Below, piece by piece: positions 1-9,500 of a DNA stretch of 64,000 bases. This DNA is from Acidobacteriota bacterium. Lineage in GTDB: Bacteria; Acidobacteriota; JAAYUB01. A program made the translations under genes and the position numbers. A model generated the notes under the pieces. That model made no database searches. It had not been told where the DNA came from and saw nothing but the letters and a program-made list of their open reading frames with translations. Numbering within the stretch: position 1 is the stretch's first letter; each line of letters begins with the position of its first letter. The stretch covers positions 52,102 through 116,101 of the forward strand of contig JAKQOW010000032.1 in NCBI GenBank assembly GCA_029565065.1, read 5' to 3'.

Positions 1-133
1 GAAAATAGATCTCACCGTCGGAGAAGCGAGTCAGCCGGCATTCCCCTTTCGGCACTTTCAGATAGCGACAGATCTCCTCCGCCAACGGTACGTTGGCAGA
101 TCCGGAAAAGATGATCAAATCGCCCTTGACCAA
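1..133 (-). CDS. prs: ribose-phosphate pyrophosphokinase, N-terminal part (gene runs off the window start)
   Basis: Minus-strand translation from a TTG at 133 gives M-VKGDLIIFSGSANVPLAEEICRYLKVPKGECRLTRFSDGEIYF, the conserved Prs N-terminus. A GAGGAGG Shine-Dalgarno sits 6 nt upstream. Gene order prs / tRNA-Gln / ispE is conserved. Confidence 0.6.
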   Translation of the reverse strand, partial: MVKGDLIIFSGSANVPLAEEICRYLKVPKGECRLTRFSDGEIYF

Positions 134-193
134 AGAAAGCCTCCTCGCCGCCGGACGGCGCCCACGGGCGCGCCGGAATCCGCCGGAAAAAAT

Positions 194-268
194 TGGCTGG
201 GGAGGGAGGATTCGAACCTCCGAATGCAGGTTCCAAAGACCTGTGTCTTACCGCTTGACGACTCCCCA
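194..268 (-). tRNA. tRNA-Gln (anticodon TTG), CCA encoded
   Basis: The reverse complement folds as a cloverleaf. Acceptor stem is TGGGGAG/CTCCCCA, the D-loop is CAAGCGGTAAG, the anticodon stem-loop is CAGGT-CTTTGGA-ACCTG (anticodon UUG), and the T-arm is GGAGGTTCGAATCCTCC. It ends G-CCA and is nearly identical to E. coli tRNA-Gln. Confidence 0.9.
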
Positions 269-273
269 GCAGA

Positions 274-1173
274 TCAATTCCAGTGGGAAAACAGATTGCG
301 ACGGTACTCGTCTCGGCCGATGAACCGGGTGCGGATAATCCGACCCGGAACCGATTGGCGGCACAGGCTACGCTCCGCCTCCATGCACGCAGCCGCAGTG
401 TCAAAGAGCCCGTAAATCGAGGATCCGCTCCCACTCATCATCGTCCCGTCGGCGCCGCAATCCGCGATTTGTGATTTGATATGGAGCAACAGGGGAAAAT
501 CAGGAAAAACCGCCGCTTCAAAATCGTTCACGCCCCGGAATGCGTCCATTCGGCCGTCCGCGAGCACCCTGTGCAGGGGAGGGATTTTATTCACGAAACC
601 CTTTGTTGTCAACTGAAAATTCAGGCGTCCGTACGCCCACGCCGTGCTGACCGCCACCGGCGGGCACACCAGCACCACGTGACGGAACGGCGCGTCCGGC
701 AGCGGCACCAGCTCCTCGCCGCGACCCAACCCGAGTGCAGTGCCACCCATGAGAAAAAAGGGGACATCCGACCCCAGCCGCCCCCCCCATAGCAGCAGGT
801 CTTCCGAAGAGCACGTCAGCTCCCACAGCCGGCTCAATCCGACCAGTGTCGCCGCGGCATCCGCGCTCCCCCCGCCAAGCCCCGCCTGCATCGGAATCTG
901 CTTGCGCAGCGTGATGCGGGCGCCGCGTCGAACACCGGTCTCCACCTGAAGGAGCCGGACGGCTTTCAGGCACAGATTGTCCTCGCCCGTGGGCACGCCC
1001 GGCTGGTCGCAGCAAAACGCCAACTCCCCGTCGGCGGCAGGTTCCAGAACAACTTCGTCGGCCAGATCCACCGTCTGGAACACGGTTCGGATCTCATGGT
1101 ACCCGTCCGGGCGGGGGAACATGACCTGCAGGTGCAGGTTGATTTTCGCCCGGGCGGGTACGCGGAGCGTCAT
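274..1173 (-). CDS. ispE: 4-diphosphocytidyl-2-C-methyl-D-erythritol kinase
   Basis: N-terminal AKINLHLQV motif and the GHMP-kinase Gly-rich loop PMQAGLGGGSADAAA. Start chosen at MTLRVPARAKINL, since the ORF's upstream Met would overlap the neighbouring gene. About 300 aa. Confidence 0.85.
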   Translation of the reverse strand: MTLRVPARAKINLHLQVMFPRPDGYHEIRTVFQTVDLADEVVLEPAADGELAFCCDQPGVPTGEDNLCLKAVRLLQVETGVRRGARITLRKQIPMQAGLGGGSADAAATLVGLSRLWELTCSSEDLLLWGGRLGSDVPFFLMGGTALGLGRGEELVPLPDAPFRHVVLVCPPVAVSTAWAYGRLNFQLTTKGFVNKIPPLHRVLADGRMDAFRGVNDFEAAVFPDFPLLLHIKSQIADCGADGTMMSGSGSSIYGLFDTAAACMEAERSLCRQSVPGRIIRTRFIGRDEYRRNLFSHWN

Positions 1174-1180
1174 CGCCCGC

Positions 1181-2584
1181 TCACCAGAACAGCTCGAACT
1201 CATAGACACTGTCGCCGTTGGAGGCATCCTCGATCTCGACGATCAGCGTGTAGTTGTTGCCGCGGCCCGGCTGCTCCACGATCCGGACCGAGCCCCGGCC
1301 CGCGATCAAATTGAGGCTCACCGTCACGTCCTTGGCGGGCAGCGGATCGGAGAACGTGTGGCTGGCATCGCGGATCGGCTGGGCTGCCAGATGTTGCACG
1401 GTCAGGGTATTGCCCTTGAACATGAGCCGGTCTTTGCCGTCGACCCGACCGCGCCACCGAATCACCCCGCCGCTGCCGGCCGGCGTGGTGCCGGCCGGGG
1501 TGGTCCCGGCAGAGGTGGTGCCGGCCAAGGGCACGGTGTCGGCGGATCCATCCACTCCCCAGCGCAGGCCGAACCGGTAATCGGCGGCCCCGCTTCGGTT
1601 CGAATCATCCACCAGCACGCTCACCGCATACTTGTTGGACCAGCTGGGTTGTTCCGTGATCTTCACCGAGCCGCGCCCCGCGAACACGTGCAAGCTGACC
1701 GTCTGTTCCTGCTGGGGTAACGCCCGGCGCAACTGGCCCTTGACCCCTTCGGGCGGCTTGGACTGCAGGTGCTCCAGCGTCGCACTATTGCCGCGGATGA
1801 TCACGCGATCCACGCCGTCCACCCGTCCTTCCCAATAGAAATCCATTTCGTCGGGTGTGATCGCCTCTTCCGGGATCGTCTTCGGCCAATAGAGGTAGAT
1901 GTCGTACACGTCCGATCCGGAGAACTTCCCGTCGTCCACCCGGATGATGGCGGTGTAGCTGTTGGCGTAACTGGGCTGCTGGATGACCTCGACGGTTCCG
2001 CGCGCCCGTTCCGCGTAGAGCGCCGTCTCGACCCGGGCGGCCGGCAGGGCGGCGGTGTAGTCCACGCGCTGGTTCTTGATGGGCTGCGCGCGCACATGAT
2101 CGATGGTCACGGTGGTCCCCTGGATGCGGATCATGTCGGTGCCGTCCACCTCGCCGCGCCAATGAAAGTAATCGTGGATGTTCCGGTCCATGGTGGGGAA
2201 CAGGGCGGCCGACTGTTCCTCCCATTCGAGGCGGAGCCGGTATTTTTGGGGATAGAGCGATTCGTTGTCATTGTCGATGAGGACTTTCAGCGTGAAGTCG
2301 TTTCCCGTCGACGGCTGCTCCACAACAGTCACCGGCCCCGTTCCCTCCAACCGGGTCACGGTGACGGTCGCCGCCGCCGCGGGCAAGCCGGTCGTGGGAT
2401 CGAAGCGCACCTTCAGATTGGTGAGCGGTTCAAAATTGCGGTGCTCCACGCGAACATCAGCCCCGCGGATCAACAGATAATCCGATCCGTCGACGCTGAC
2501 TTCGACCACCGCAACGCCCGCCTGGATCGGGCTGGCGGCGATCAGGACGCCCAGCAACCATAGGCCCAGCATTGCCTTGCGCAT
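1181..2584 (-). CDS. secreted protein of four tandem ~95-aa repeats, unknown family
   Basis: Signal peptide MRKAMLGLWLLGVLIAASPIQAGVA. Then four repeats with the pattern W-G-VDG-D-IRG-T-EH-QP ... GRGSV-I-EQPS-N-Y ... DD-SG-Y-F-L-W. An AGTTPAGTTPAG linker precedes the last repeat. The antisense ORF 1769..2563 is Arg-rich junk. Confidence 0.7.
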   Translation of the reverse strand: MRKAMLGLWLLGVLIAASPIQAGVAVVEVSVDGSDYLLIRGADVRVEHRNFEPLTNLKVRFDPTTGLPAAAATVTVTRLEGTGPVTVVEQPSTGNDFTLKVLIDNDNESLYPQKYRLRLEWEEQSAALFPTMDRNIHDYFHWRGEVDGTDMIRIQGTTVTIDHVRAQPIKNQRVDYTAALPAARVETALYAERARGTVEVIQQPSYANSYTAIIRVDDGKFSGSDVYDIYLYWPKTIPEEAITPDEMDFYWEGRVDGVDRVIIRGNSATLEHLQSKPPEGVKGQLRRALPQQEQTVSLHVFAGRGSVKITEQPSWSNKYAVSVLVDDSNRSGAADYRFGLRWGVDGSADTVPLAGTTSAGTTPAGTTPAGSGGVIRWRGRVDGKDRLMFKGNTLTVQHLAAQPIRDASHTFSDPLPAKDVTVSLNLIAGRGSVRIVEQPGRGNNYTLIVEIEDASNGDSVYEFELFW

Positions 2585-2743
2585 ATCGTCCTCCTGGAAA
2601 ATACAGCGGCCATCATGTCCGCACCGGGATGACCACATAGTTATAGAGAAATGATAGCACATCTTGCCACCGGTTTCGGGCCGGACAGGATTTCCCGCTG
2701 GTGAACGACGCAGCGTGTATAATCAGGGCTCGCGGCTCAGGAG

Positions 2744-3175
2744 TTGTCAATGGAACGGGATCGTTTCTGCTTTTGTTGCGGGACGGACAATCCGCACGGT
2801 TTGCGGCTGCGGATCGAGCATGACGAGTCGACCGGCCGGGTCTTCACCGAGTGCGCGATGGCGGAGCGGTATCAAGGGTACCGGGGCACCGTGCACGGAG
2901 GCCTGCTGGCCACCCTGCTGGACGAGTTGATGGCCCACGCCGCGCTGCGCGCCGCCGACGGCCACGCGGCCACGGCCCGGATGGAGGTGGCTTTTCGCCG
3001 AGCGGTGCCGGTCGGCGAACCCCTCCGGGTGGAAGCTGAAGTGGACAAGGTCTCCGGCCGCAGGATCCAGACGCGGGGCTGGATCGTGAACAGCCGGGGG
3101 GAGCGTCTGGCCGAGGCATCCGCCTTGTTTCTAGCCGTGCCCGCCGGCGGATCTCCGACACCCGAAACCCGCTGA
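2744..3175 (+). CDS. PaaI/4HBT-family hotdog thioesterase
   Basis: GTVHGGLLATLLDE motif (the HGG signature of PaaI-type thioesterases). About 140 aa, hotdog-fold length. Confidence 0.75.
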   Translation: MSMERDRFCFCCGTDNPHGLRLRIEHDESTGRVFTECAMAERYQGYRGTVHGGLLATLLDELMAHAALRAADGHAATARMEVAFRRAVPVGEPLRVEAEVDKVSGRRIQTRGWIVNSRGERLAEASALFLAVPAGGSPTPETR

Positions 3176-3207
3176 AGCCGGCGGCCGCCGGTCGTCGTTA
3201 AAAATGC

Positions 3208-3236
3208 TTGCTTTCGGCACACTTCTTGGCTATGAT
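3208..3236 (+). promoter_or_regulatory. putative sigma70-type promoter for tRNA-Ala
   Basis: TTGCTT, 17 bp, then TATGAT, lying 17 nt upstream of the mature tRNA 5' end. Confidence 0.35.
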
Positions 3237-3253
3237 GCCGCCTTAAAATTTAT

Positions 3254-3329
3254 GGGGCAATAGCTCAGTTGGAAGAGCGCGGCGTTCGCAATGCCGAGGT
3301 CGGGGGTTCGAGACCCCCTTGCTCCACCA
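3254..3329 (+). tRNA. tRNA-Ala (anticodon CGC), CCA encoded
   Basis: GGGGCAATAGCTCAGTTGGAAGAGCGCGGCGTTCGCAATGCCGAGGTCGGGGGTTCGAGACCCCCTTGCTCCACCA. The G3:U70 Ala identity pair is present, the anticodon loop is TTCGCAA, and the T-loop is TTCGAGA. Confidence 0.9.
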
Positions 3330-3372
3330 TTTCTGGAACGGCCCGTCAGGGTCGTTTCTCATTTAGACCGAC

Positions 3373-4017
3373 ATGGTGACGCGGAAACCCAGAATCGAAA
3401 TCACCGGCTTCAAGGCCCGCCACTACGACCGACTGCTGGATCTGGCCAGCGCCGGCTATTACCGCCGTTTCCTCCGGCGGGTGCTGGCCGATCTGGCCAT
3501 CCAACCGGGCGAACGGATTCTCGATCTGGGCGCGGGAACCGGCCGGCCGGCCGCCCAGATGGCGCGGCGGACCGGCCCGGCGGGCCGGGTCGTCGGCGTC
3601 GAGATCGGCCCGGAAATGCAGGAACGCTTCCGGCGGCGGGCGGCACAGCTCCCCAACCTGACCCTGGTGGAGCGGCGCATCGACGCGCCGCTGGACCTCG
3701 GGGAGACATTCGACCGGATCCTGATCTCCTTCGTGATGCACGGCCTGGAGCAGCACCAGCGCATCCTGGTCATCCAGAATGCCAGCGAGCTGCTGGCCGA
3801 GGACGGCTGCCTGTGCATCCTCGACTGGAATGAACGCGACCTGGCCGACTTCAATCCGCTGGTGCGGCAATTGTTCCAACGGTTCGAGTGCGAGCAGGCG
3901 CAGGATTTCATCGCCCGCGACTGGCGCACCATTCTCGCCGATTACCGGTTCGCCGATTTCCGGGCGTGGTATTATATGCGGGGTTACATCCGCCTGCTGA
4001 CCGGGCGGAAGTACTGA
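3373..4017 (+). CDS. class I SAM-dependent methyltransferase (UbiE/COQ5-like)
   Basis: Motif I is ILDLGAGTGRPA and motif II is VVGVEI. About 214 aa. Confidence 0.8.
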   Translation: MVTRKPRIEITGFKARHYDRLLDLASAGYYRRFLRRVLADLAIQPGERILDLGAGTGRPAAQMARRTGPAGRVVGVEIGPEMQERFRRRAAQLPNLTLVERRIDAPLDLGETFDRILISFVMHGLEQHQRILVIQNASELLAEDGCLCILDWNERDLADFNPLVRQLFQRFECEQAQDFIARDWRTILADYRFADFRAWYYMRGYIRLLTGRKY

Positions 4018-4045
4018 CCGCGGAGTCGCCCGACGCGATAGACAG

Positions 4046-6082
4046 ATGAGAATCACGCATTACCTGGCAGTGTTCCTCGTCACCACCCTGTTCATGGTGG
4101 CGATTTTTCTGCTGCTCTACAGCGCTACGCTGGCGTTTTCCATTGCGCTCCTGAGAGACATCTTCGACTCCTTCCTCGGCATGCTCAGCCGGTCGGCGCT
4201 GGCCGACACCGCCCTCTGGCTCATCCGGTTGCGTGACTCGGTCCACCCGAGTCTGCTGTTCATCGGATCGTTGGGTCTGACGATGCTGTTCCTTTATCTC
4301 GAATATATCATCCTGTCGGGCCGGGACGAGCACCTCCGCCACCTGCCGCTCGAGCTGCAGGCGGACACGCTGATGCGGGAGGGCCGGCTCCGCCGCGCCC
4401 TGCGCCTGTACAAGCAAATCGGCCGGTGGGACCGGGCGGCGGAGATCTACCGCCAGCGCCGCCAGTATCCCCAGGCGGCGCGCATGCTGGAACACCTGGG
4501 CAACGAGAGCCTCACCCGCGCCGGCGAACTGTACGAGGAGATGGGCCGGCTGGACCAGGCGCGCCGGACTTACGCCGCGGCGGGCCAATACTTCTACCAG
4601 CGACAGGAATGGGAAAAGGCCGCCAAGTACTACCTGAAAGCCGAGGACAAGGCGAGCGCGCTGGCGTGCTATGAGACGCACCTGCGCGACCTCCGGAGCC
4701 TCTACCCGCCGGAGCAGCTCCGGGAACGCTGCCAGAAGATCGTCCAGCTGGCCGACCAGCTTGGACTCCCCCTGAAGGCGGCCGCTTTCTGCGAGACCGC
4801 CCAGGACATTCCCGGCGCGGTGCAATACTACACGCAGGGGGGCAACTTCATCCGGGCGGCGGAATTGCTGCTGGCCGGCGGGGAGACCGACCAGGCGCTG
4901 AAAGTCATGAACAAGATCACGCCGGATCACAAGCAGTACACCGACAGCCTGGTGCTCATGGCCCGGCTCCACTTCCGCGACGAGCGTTACCAGGAATCGT
5001 TGAAACACTACGTCGAGTACTTCAAGCGGGTGAAACCTTCCGATGCCACCCTGGAGGAGTTCTTCCAGATGGGCCTCTGCCTGGAGAAACTCGGCCGGCT
5101 CAAGCACGCCCGCGACGTGTATGCGCGGGTGCAGAGCATCCGGCCTTTTTTCATGAACGTGGACGAGCGCATCGACGCGATCGACCACAAGTCCAGCGAG
5201 CCGGACACGATGAAGGCGATGCTGGACCAGGATGCCGCCACCAAGGATGCCGGGCTGTCCGACGATTTTCTGATCCGGCTGGGGGAGCGCTACACGGAAC
5301 TGGAGGAAATCGGCCGCGGCGGCGCGGGGATCGTCTACAGCGCGCGGGACAAGATCCTCGACCGCACCGTCGCTTTGAAAAAACTGCCCACGTCGGTCAC
5401 CCAGGATCCGGCCCGCCTGCAGGCCTTTTTTTCGGAAGCCAAGGCGATCGCCAAGCTCAACCATCCCAACATCGTAGCCATCCACGACATCATCAAGGCG
5501 GATAACGCCTACTTCATCGTCATGGAGTTCATCCGGGGCACCACCGTCGAGCGGCTGCTGGAGGTCAAGGGCGCCCTGTCGCTGAAGCTGTCCCTCTACA
5601 TCGCCCGACACATGCTGCAGGCTCTGTCCTACGCCCACCGCAACGGCGTCATCCACCAGGACATCAAGCCGGCCAATATCATGCTCAGCGACGACAAGAT
5701 CGTCAAGCTCACCGACTTCGGAATCGCCCGCCTGTTCCACGAACTGCCCGGCCACTCATCCGACATCGTCATGGGCACTCCCAAGTACATCTCGCCGGAG
5801 CAGCTCCAGGGGGCCCCCGTTGACGAGCGCTGCGACATTTACTCGTTCGGGATCACCTTTCACGAGATGCTCACCGGCATGCTCCCTTACCCCCTGGACG
5901 GCATCCTCCACCACCACCTGGTCACTCCGCCCATGCCGATCCGGTCCCACAACCCCTCGCTCCCGGTCGAACTGGAGCAGATCGTCCTGAAGTGCCTTGA
6001 AAAGGACCGCCAGCTCCGCTATCCTTCCGCCGCCGCGCTGTTCGAGGAGTTGAAAGCCGCCACGACCCGTCCGCCGAACTGA
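4046..6082 (+). CDS. membrane-anchored TPR-repeat Ser/Thr protein kinase (Hanks-type), kinase domain C-terminal
   Basis: N-terminal transmembrane helices. The middle is a TPR-like helical repeat region. The C-terminus carries the kinase motifs [37 protein letters not shown] and YISPEQ. Confidence 0.85.
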   Translation: MRITHYLAVFLVTTLFMVAIFLLLYSATLAFSIALLRDIFDSFLGMLSRSALADTALWLIRLRDSVHPSLLFIGSLGLTMLFLYLEYIILSGRDEHLRHLPLELQADTLMREGRLRRALRLYKQIGRWDRAAEIYRQRRQYPQAARMLEHLGNESLTRAGELYEEMGRLDQARRTYAAAGQYFYQRQEWEKAAKYYLKAEDKASALACYETHLRDLRSLYPPEQLRERCQKIVQLADQLGLPLKAAAFCETAQDIPGAVQYYTQGGNFIRAAELLLAGGETDQALKVMNKITPDHKQYTDSLVLMARLHFRDERYQESLKHYVEYFKRVKPSDATLEEFFQMGLCLEKLGRLKHARDVYARVQSIRPFFMNVDERIDAIDHKSSEPDTMKAMLDQDAATKDAGLSDDFLIRLGERYTELEEIGRGGAGIVYSARDKILDRTVALKKLPTSVTQDPARLQAFFSEAKAIAKLNHPNIVAIHDIIKADNAYFIVMEFIRGTTVERLLEVKGALSLKLSLYIARHMLQALSYAHRNGVIHQDIKPANIMLSDDKIVKLTDFGIARLFHELPGHSSDIVMGTPKYISPEQLQGAPVDERCDIYSFGITFHEMLTGMLPYPLDGILHHHLVTPPMPIRSHNPSLPVELEQIVLKCLEKDRQLRYPSAAALFEELKAATTRPPN

Positions 6083-6098
6083 TCCCCGGGAGACCGCC

Positions 6099-6518
6099 AT
6101 GCGCCACTACCGTCAGGAACTGACCTTCCAGACTCCGACCCGTTTCGCCCTCGTCAACATCACGCCGCAGGTGGCAGAAGCCGTCCGCGCCAGCGGCGTG
6201 CGGGAAGGGCTCTGTCTGGTCAATGCCATGCACATCACCGCCTCCGTTTTCATCAACGACGACGAGCCGGGCTTGCACCAGGATTATCAGGATTGGCTGG
6301 AGCAACTCGCGCCCCACAGCCCCACCACGCGCTACCGCCACAACCGGACGGGCGAGGACAACGGCGCCGCGCATCTCAAGCGCCAGATCATGGGGCGGGA
6401 AGTGGTCGTGGCCGTCAGCGGGGGTGCGCTCGACTTCGGCCCGTGGGAGCAGATCTTCTACGGCGAGTTCGACGGGCGCCGCCGCAAGCGGGTCCTGATC
6501 AAGATCATCGGGGAGTGA
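6099..6518 (+). CDS. YjbQ/UPF0047-family protein (secondary thiamine-phosphate synthase-like)
   Basis: 139 aa with the typical YjbQ length and conserved [15 protein letters not shown] / HLKRQ segments. Confidence 0.8.
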   Translation: MRHYRQELTFQTPTRFALVNITPQVAEAVRASGVREGLCLVNAMHITASVFINDDEPGLHQDYQDWLEQLAPHSPTTRYRHNRTGEDNGAAHLKRQIMGREVVVAVSGGALDFGPWEQIFYGEFDGRRRKRVLIKIIGE

Positions 6519-6557
6519 AATCCGGGCGCCGGCTCGCCACCGCCTCCGGCGCCGGAG

Positions 6558-9500
6558 TTACTCCGCCAGCCGGGCGGCCAGCAGGCGGCAATCCAGGGCA
6601 TCGAGCACGCCGGACCGGTTGAGGTCGCCCATGTCCGGCCGGAGACAGGGCGGCGCGCCGGGCGCCAGGTTGCCCACGACCAGGTGCAGCAACAGGCTCA
6701 GATCCCGGGCATCGGACCGTCCGTCGCCATCCAAGTCGCCGTCGGGCTCCAGGACACAGCGGAATTCGCGGCCGCTAATCCGGACATCGTCCACGTACCA
6801 GCCGCCCGATCCCACCAGCAGGTCGCAGCCCAGGCGGAAGCGGATCTGGACTCGCCGGCCGCCGTACGCGTCGAGATCCACCCGGGTCTGGATGAACCCC
6901 TGGCTATCGCCGGACCAGGCGGCGCGCCGGCCCAGCGGGTTGAGCAGGAAGAAATCCAGTTCGTGTGTGTAGCCACCGGTGCTCATCACCGGACCGAGAT
7001 CGGTCCACGGCTCCGTGGCGGTCCGGATCTCCAGGACGCCGCCGTCAGACTCTGTCTCCAGATCGTAATCGTGCCAGAAGGTCAACGCCGCACCTTCAGG
7101 CACCTCGAACCAGGGGCTCAGTAACGAGTTGTCTTTGACGTTGTCTTCCGCGGAGGTGAACCAGCTGGTCACCGGAGAGTGGCTCCACCCGGCGACCGTC
7201 GACCAGTCGGTCATTCCCTGGTCGAGTACGTGGCTCCACCCGCTCGCTCCCGCTTCCACGTCGTCCGCGAATGTGATCCGGTCCACCTCCTCGCCCGCAG
7301 TCAGCGTCATCGGCTGCTCCCACTGCAGCGCGTCGCCTGCTTCGTTCCAGCATTCGATGGTCAGCTGCCAATCCAGGTGCGCGCCGCAGGCCAGCGCATC
7401 ATCCAGGATGACGCCGAACTCGCAGGCCGCGACGGCGCCGACCGCCAGTGTGGAGTGATTACAGGCCGCGGGGTCTATCTGGACCTCCGGCATGACAGCG
7501 GCCAGACTGGCGGTGACGTCCATGGCGGGACTCGTGCCGATGTTCTGCAGCGTCAGCTGCATGGTCACCGTCTCGCCCGGTTCCGGGATCCCGTCACCGT
7601 CGCCGCCCCAAAATTGCCAGTCGGTCGGTACCACCACCGGCCCCACCACCGGCATGAAGCAGAGGCTGAACCCGGGTTCCACCACCGGTTCACGGCAGGC
7701 GAATTGAATCCCTTTCGTCCCGTTGTAATCCTCGATCCCCACCGTGGCGTCGGCGCCGAAGTCATAGGCCGGGTCGCCGAACTCGGTGTCCTGGTAATTG
7801 AGGTGGATCTTGTGGGTCGATTCTTCCAGCGCGATCTGGAACGTGACCGCCCCGACCTTGTTGTAATGCGCCACGTTCAGCCAGGAGACCACGAACAGCC
7901 GATGAGGCGGCTGCCCGTCGACTCGGTGGCGGATGACCGACCCCGGCTTGGTCAGGTCCAGGTCGGTCCAGAGCGCCGCAATGACTGCGTTGGGATTCTC
8001 CGGCCGGGGGATCTGCGCGTTGCCGGCGTCCCAATCGTAGGCGTCGGCGAAGCGGAGCAACCCGTTCGTGGAGATCAGCACCTGCTCATACGTCTTGCCA
8101 TAAAACTTGAACGGAAACCCGATCGGTACGACCGCGCCCGCGTCATCCTGGCCGGCCAGGACGGCCGTGCCGCCCGTCGGCTCGATCCAGGCCGGATCCT
8201 GCGTCAGCATCAGGTAGTCCATCCGCTCCACCACCTCGCCCGGGACCACCTCCTGGTCGGCGGTCAGACCGGGCGCGCTGGCGGAATACGTGATCTCTGC
8301 GCTGCTCGGACCCGTCGGCACCCACCGTCCGGTGAACATCCCGTCGTCCGCCAGGAGGTCGGCGCCCTCGCCGTTGTCGCGCAGGGTGTAAGTTCGTGTA
8401 CCCGCCGCATCCACCACCCGGGCGGTGACGTGCGGCTGGTCCACCGGCTCGGCGCAATCGGTGCCCACCACGGCGCGCAGGGTCACGTCATCACCGTCCA
8501 TGACGATGAATCCGCCTGCCGGCTGGTCGGGGGCAAGCCGGACGGCTGTCGGGGTGCAGGTCCAGTGCAGGGCGGTCTCGGGGCATCCGAAGAGGGTGGT
8601 TTCAAAATAGATCCAACGGTAACTGCCGTCGCCGGCCAGGCCGGCCAGGCGCTGACGGGATTCGTTCAGGGCGAGACCGAGATTGTGGCGGAACTGCTCG
8701 AACACGGACCGCATGTACTCGTGGTCGAACACGTTGGACGTGCCGTTGGTGCCGCCGGACGCATACCAGCCGTAGCGCGTGTTCATCACCACGGCGAACG
8801 CGGCGGCGGTGGTGCCCACGGTCATCCGCTCAGCGAAACAGACGTCGTAGACGAAATTCCCCGGGTAGCAACCCTGGCTGTACACAAAAAACGGGCGGGT
8901 GTTGGTGAGCCGGCTGATATCGGAGTTGTACAGCTTCAGGCAATAGGTGCTGTTGGCGTGCCCCAGGTGGTTGACGATGTGCGTGTCGTCGGTGTTGAAA
9001 CAGGTGTCGATCAGCGTGTCGGCCGACCACTCCGCACCCGGCGCGTCATACAGGCGCTCGGCGGGAATCCCGGCCATTGCTCCGTAGACGACATCCTTGC
9101 TGTCGCCGCCCCAGGTCTGGTCGTCCAGCTTCTCGCCCAACAGCAGCGCGCGGAAGGGCGGCGCGGAGTTCTCGTAGGCGATGATCTTCTGAATCTGGGT
9201 GGTCGCCTCCGTGGGGCTGGAGGCGGCGATGCGGCCCACCGCCACCTCCGCGAACAGGTCGGTTTCATCGGCGGGTTCGCCGTACAAACCGTTGCCGTTC
9301 GCGTTCCAGTCGCCATCGAGGGCGGCAAAATAGAGATCGGTGGGGATGGCGGCGTCCACGGTGTCGCCGACCTTGCCATAAGCGCCCCGCCACGGGATGA
9401 TCTCGCTGTCGCCGCCGAGCACCACCCAGCGGGTGCCGTGGCTCTGGTATCCGGTGGTGATAAACGTGCGGAGCTTGTGTGCGTTGTCGGTGCCCGGCGT

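Noticed and set aside
194-268. tRNA genes (Gln, Ala, Ser) as integration sites for mobile elements
   Set aside because: No integrase, excisionase, direct repeat of a tRNA 3' end, or compositional shift is visible next to any of the three tRNAs.
12-434. 140-aa minus-strand ORF spanning tRNA-Gln and the ispE 3' end
   Set aside because: It overlaps a high-confidence tRNA and the real prs start, and has no motifs.
3908-5755. 615-aa minus-strand ORF antisense to the TPR Ser/Thr kinase
   Set aside because: It has no recognisable domain and a repetitive Leu/Gly/Val/Arg composition. The plus strand has complete Hanks-kinase motifs.
6558-6740. A dockerin implying a cellulosome
   Set aside because: No glycoside hydrolase, CBM or scaffoldin genes are present, and the carrier is a protease. 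This is interpreted as a non-cellulosomal cohesin-dockerin pairing.
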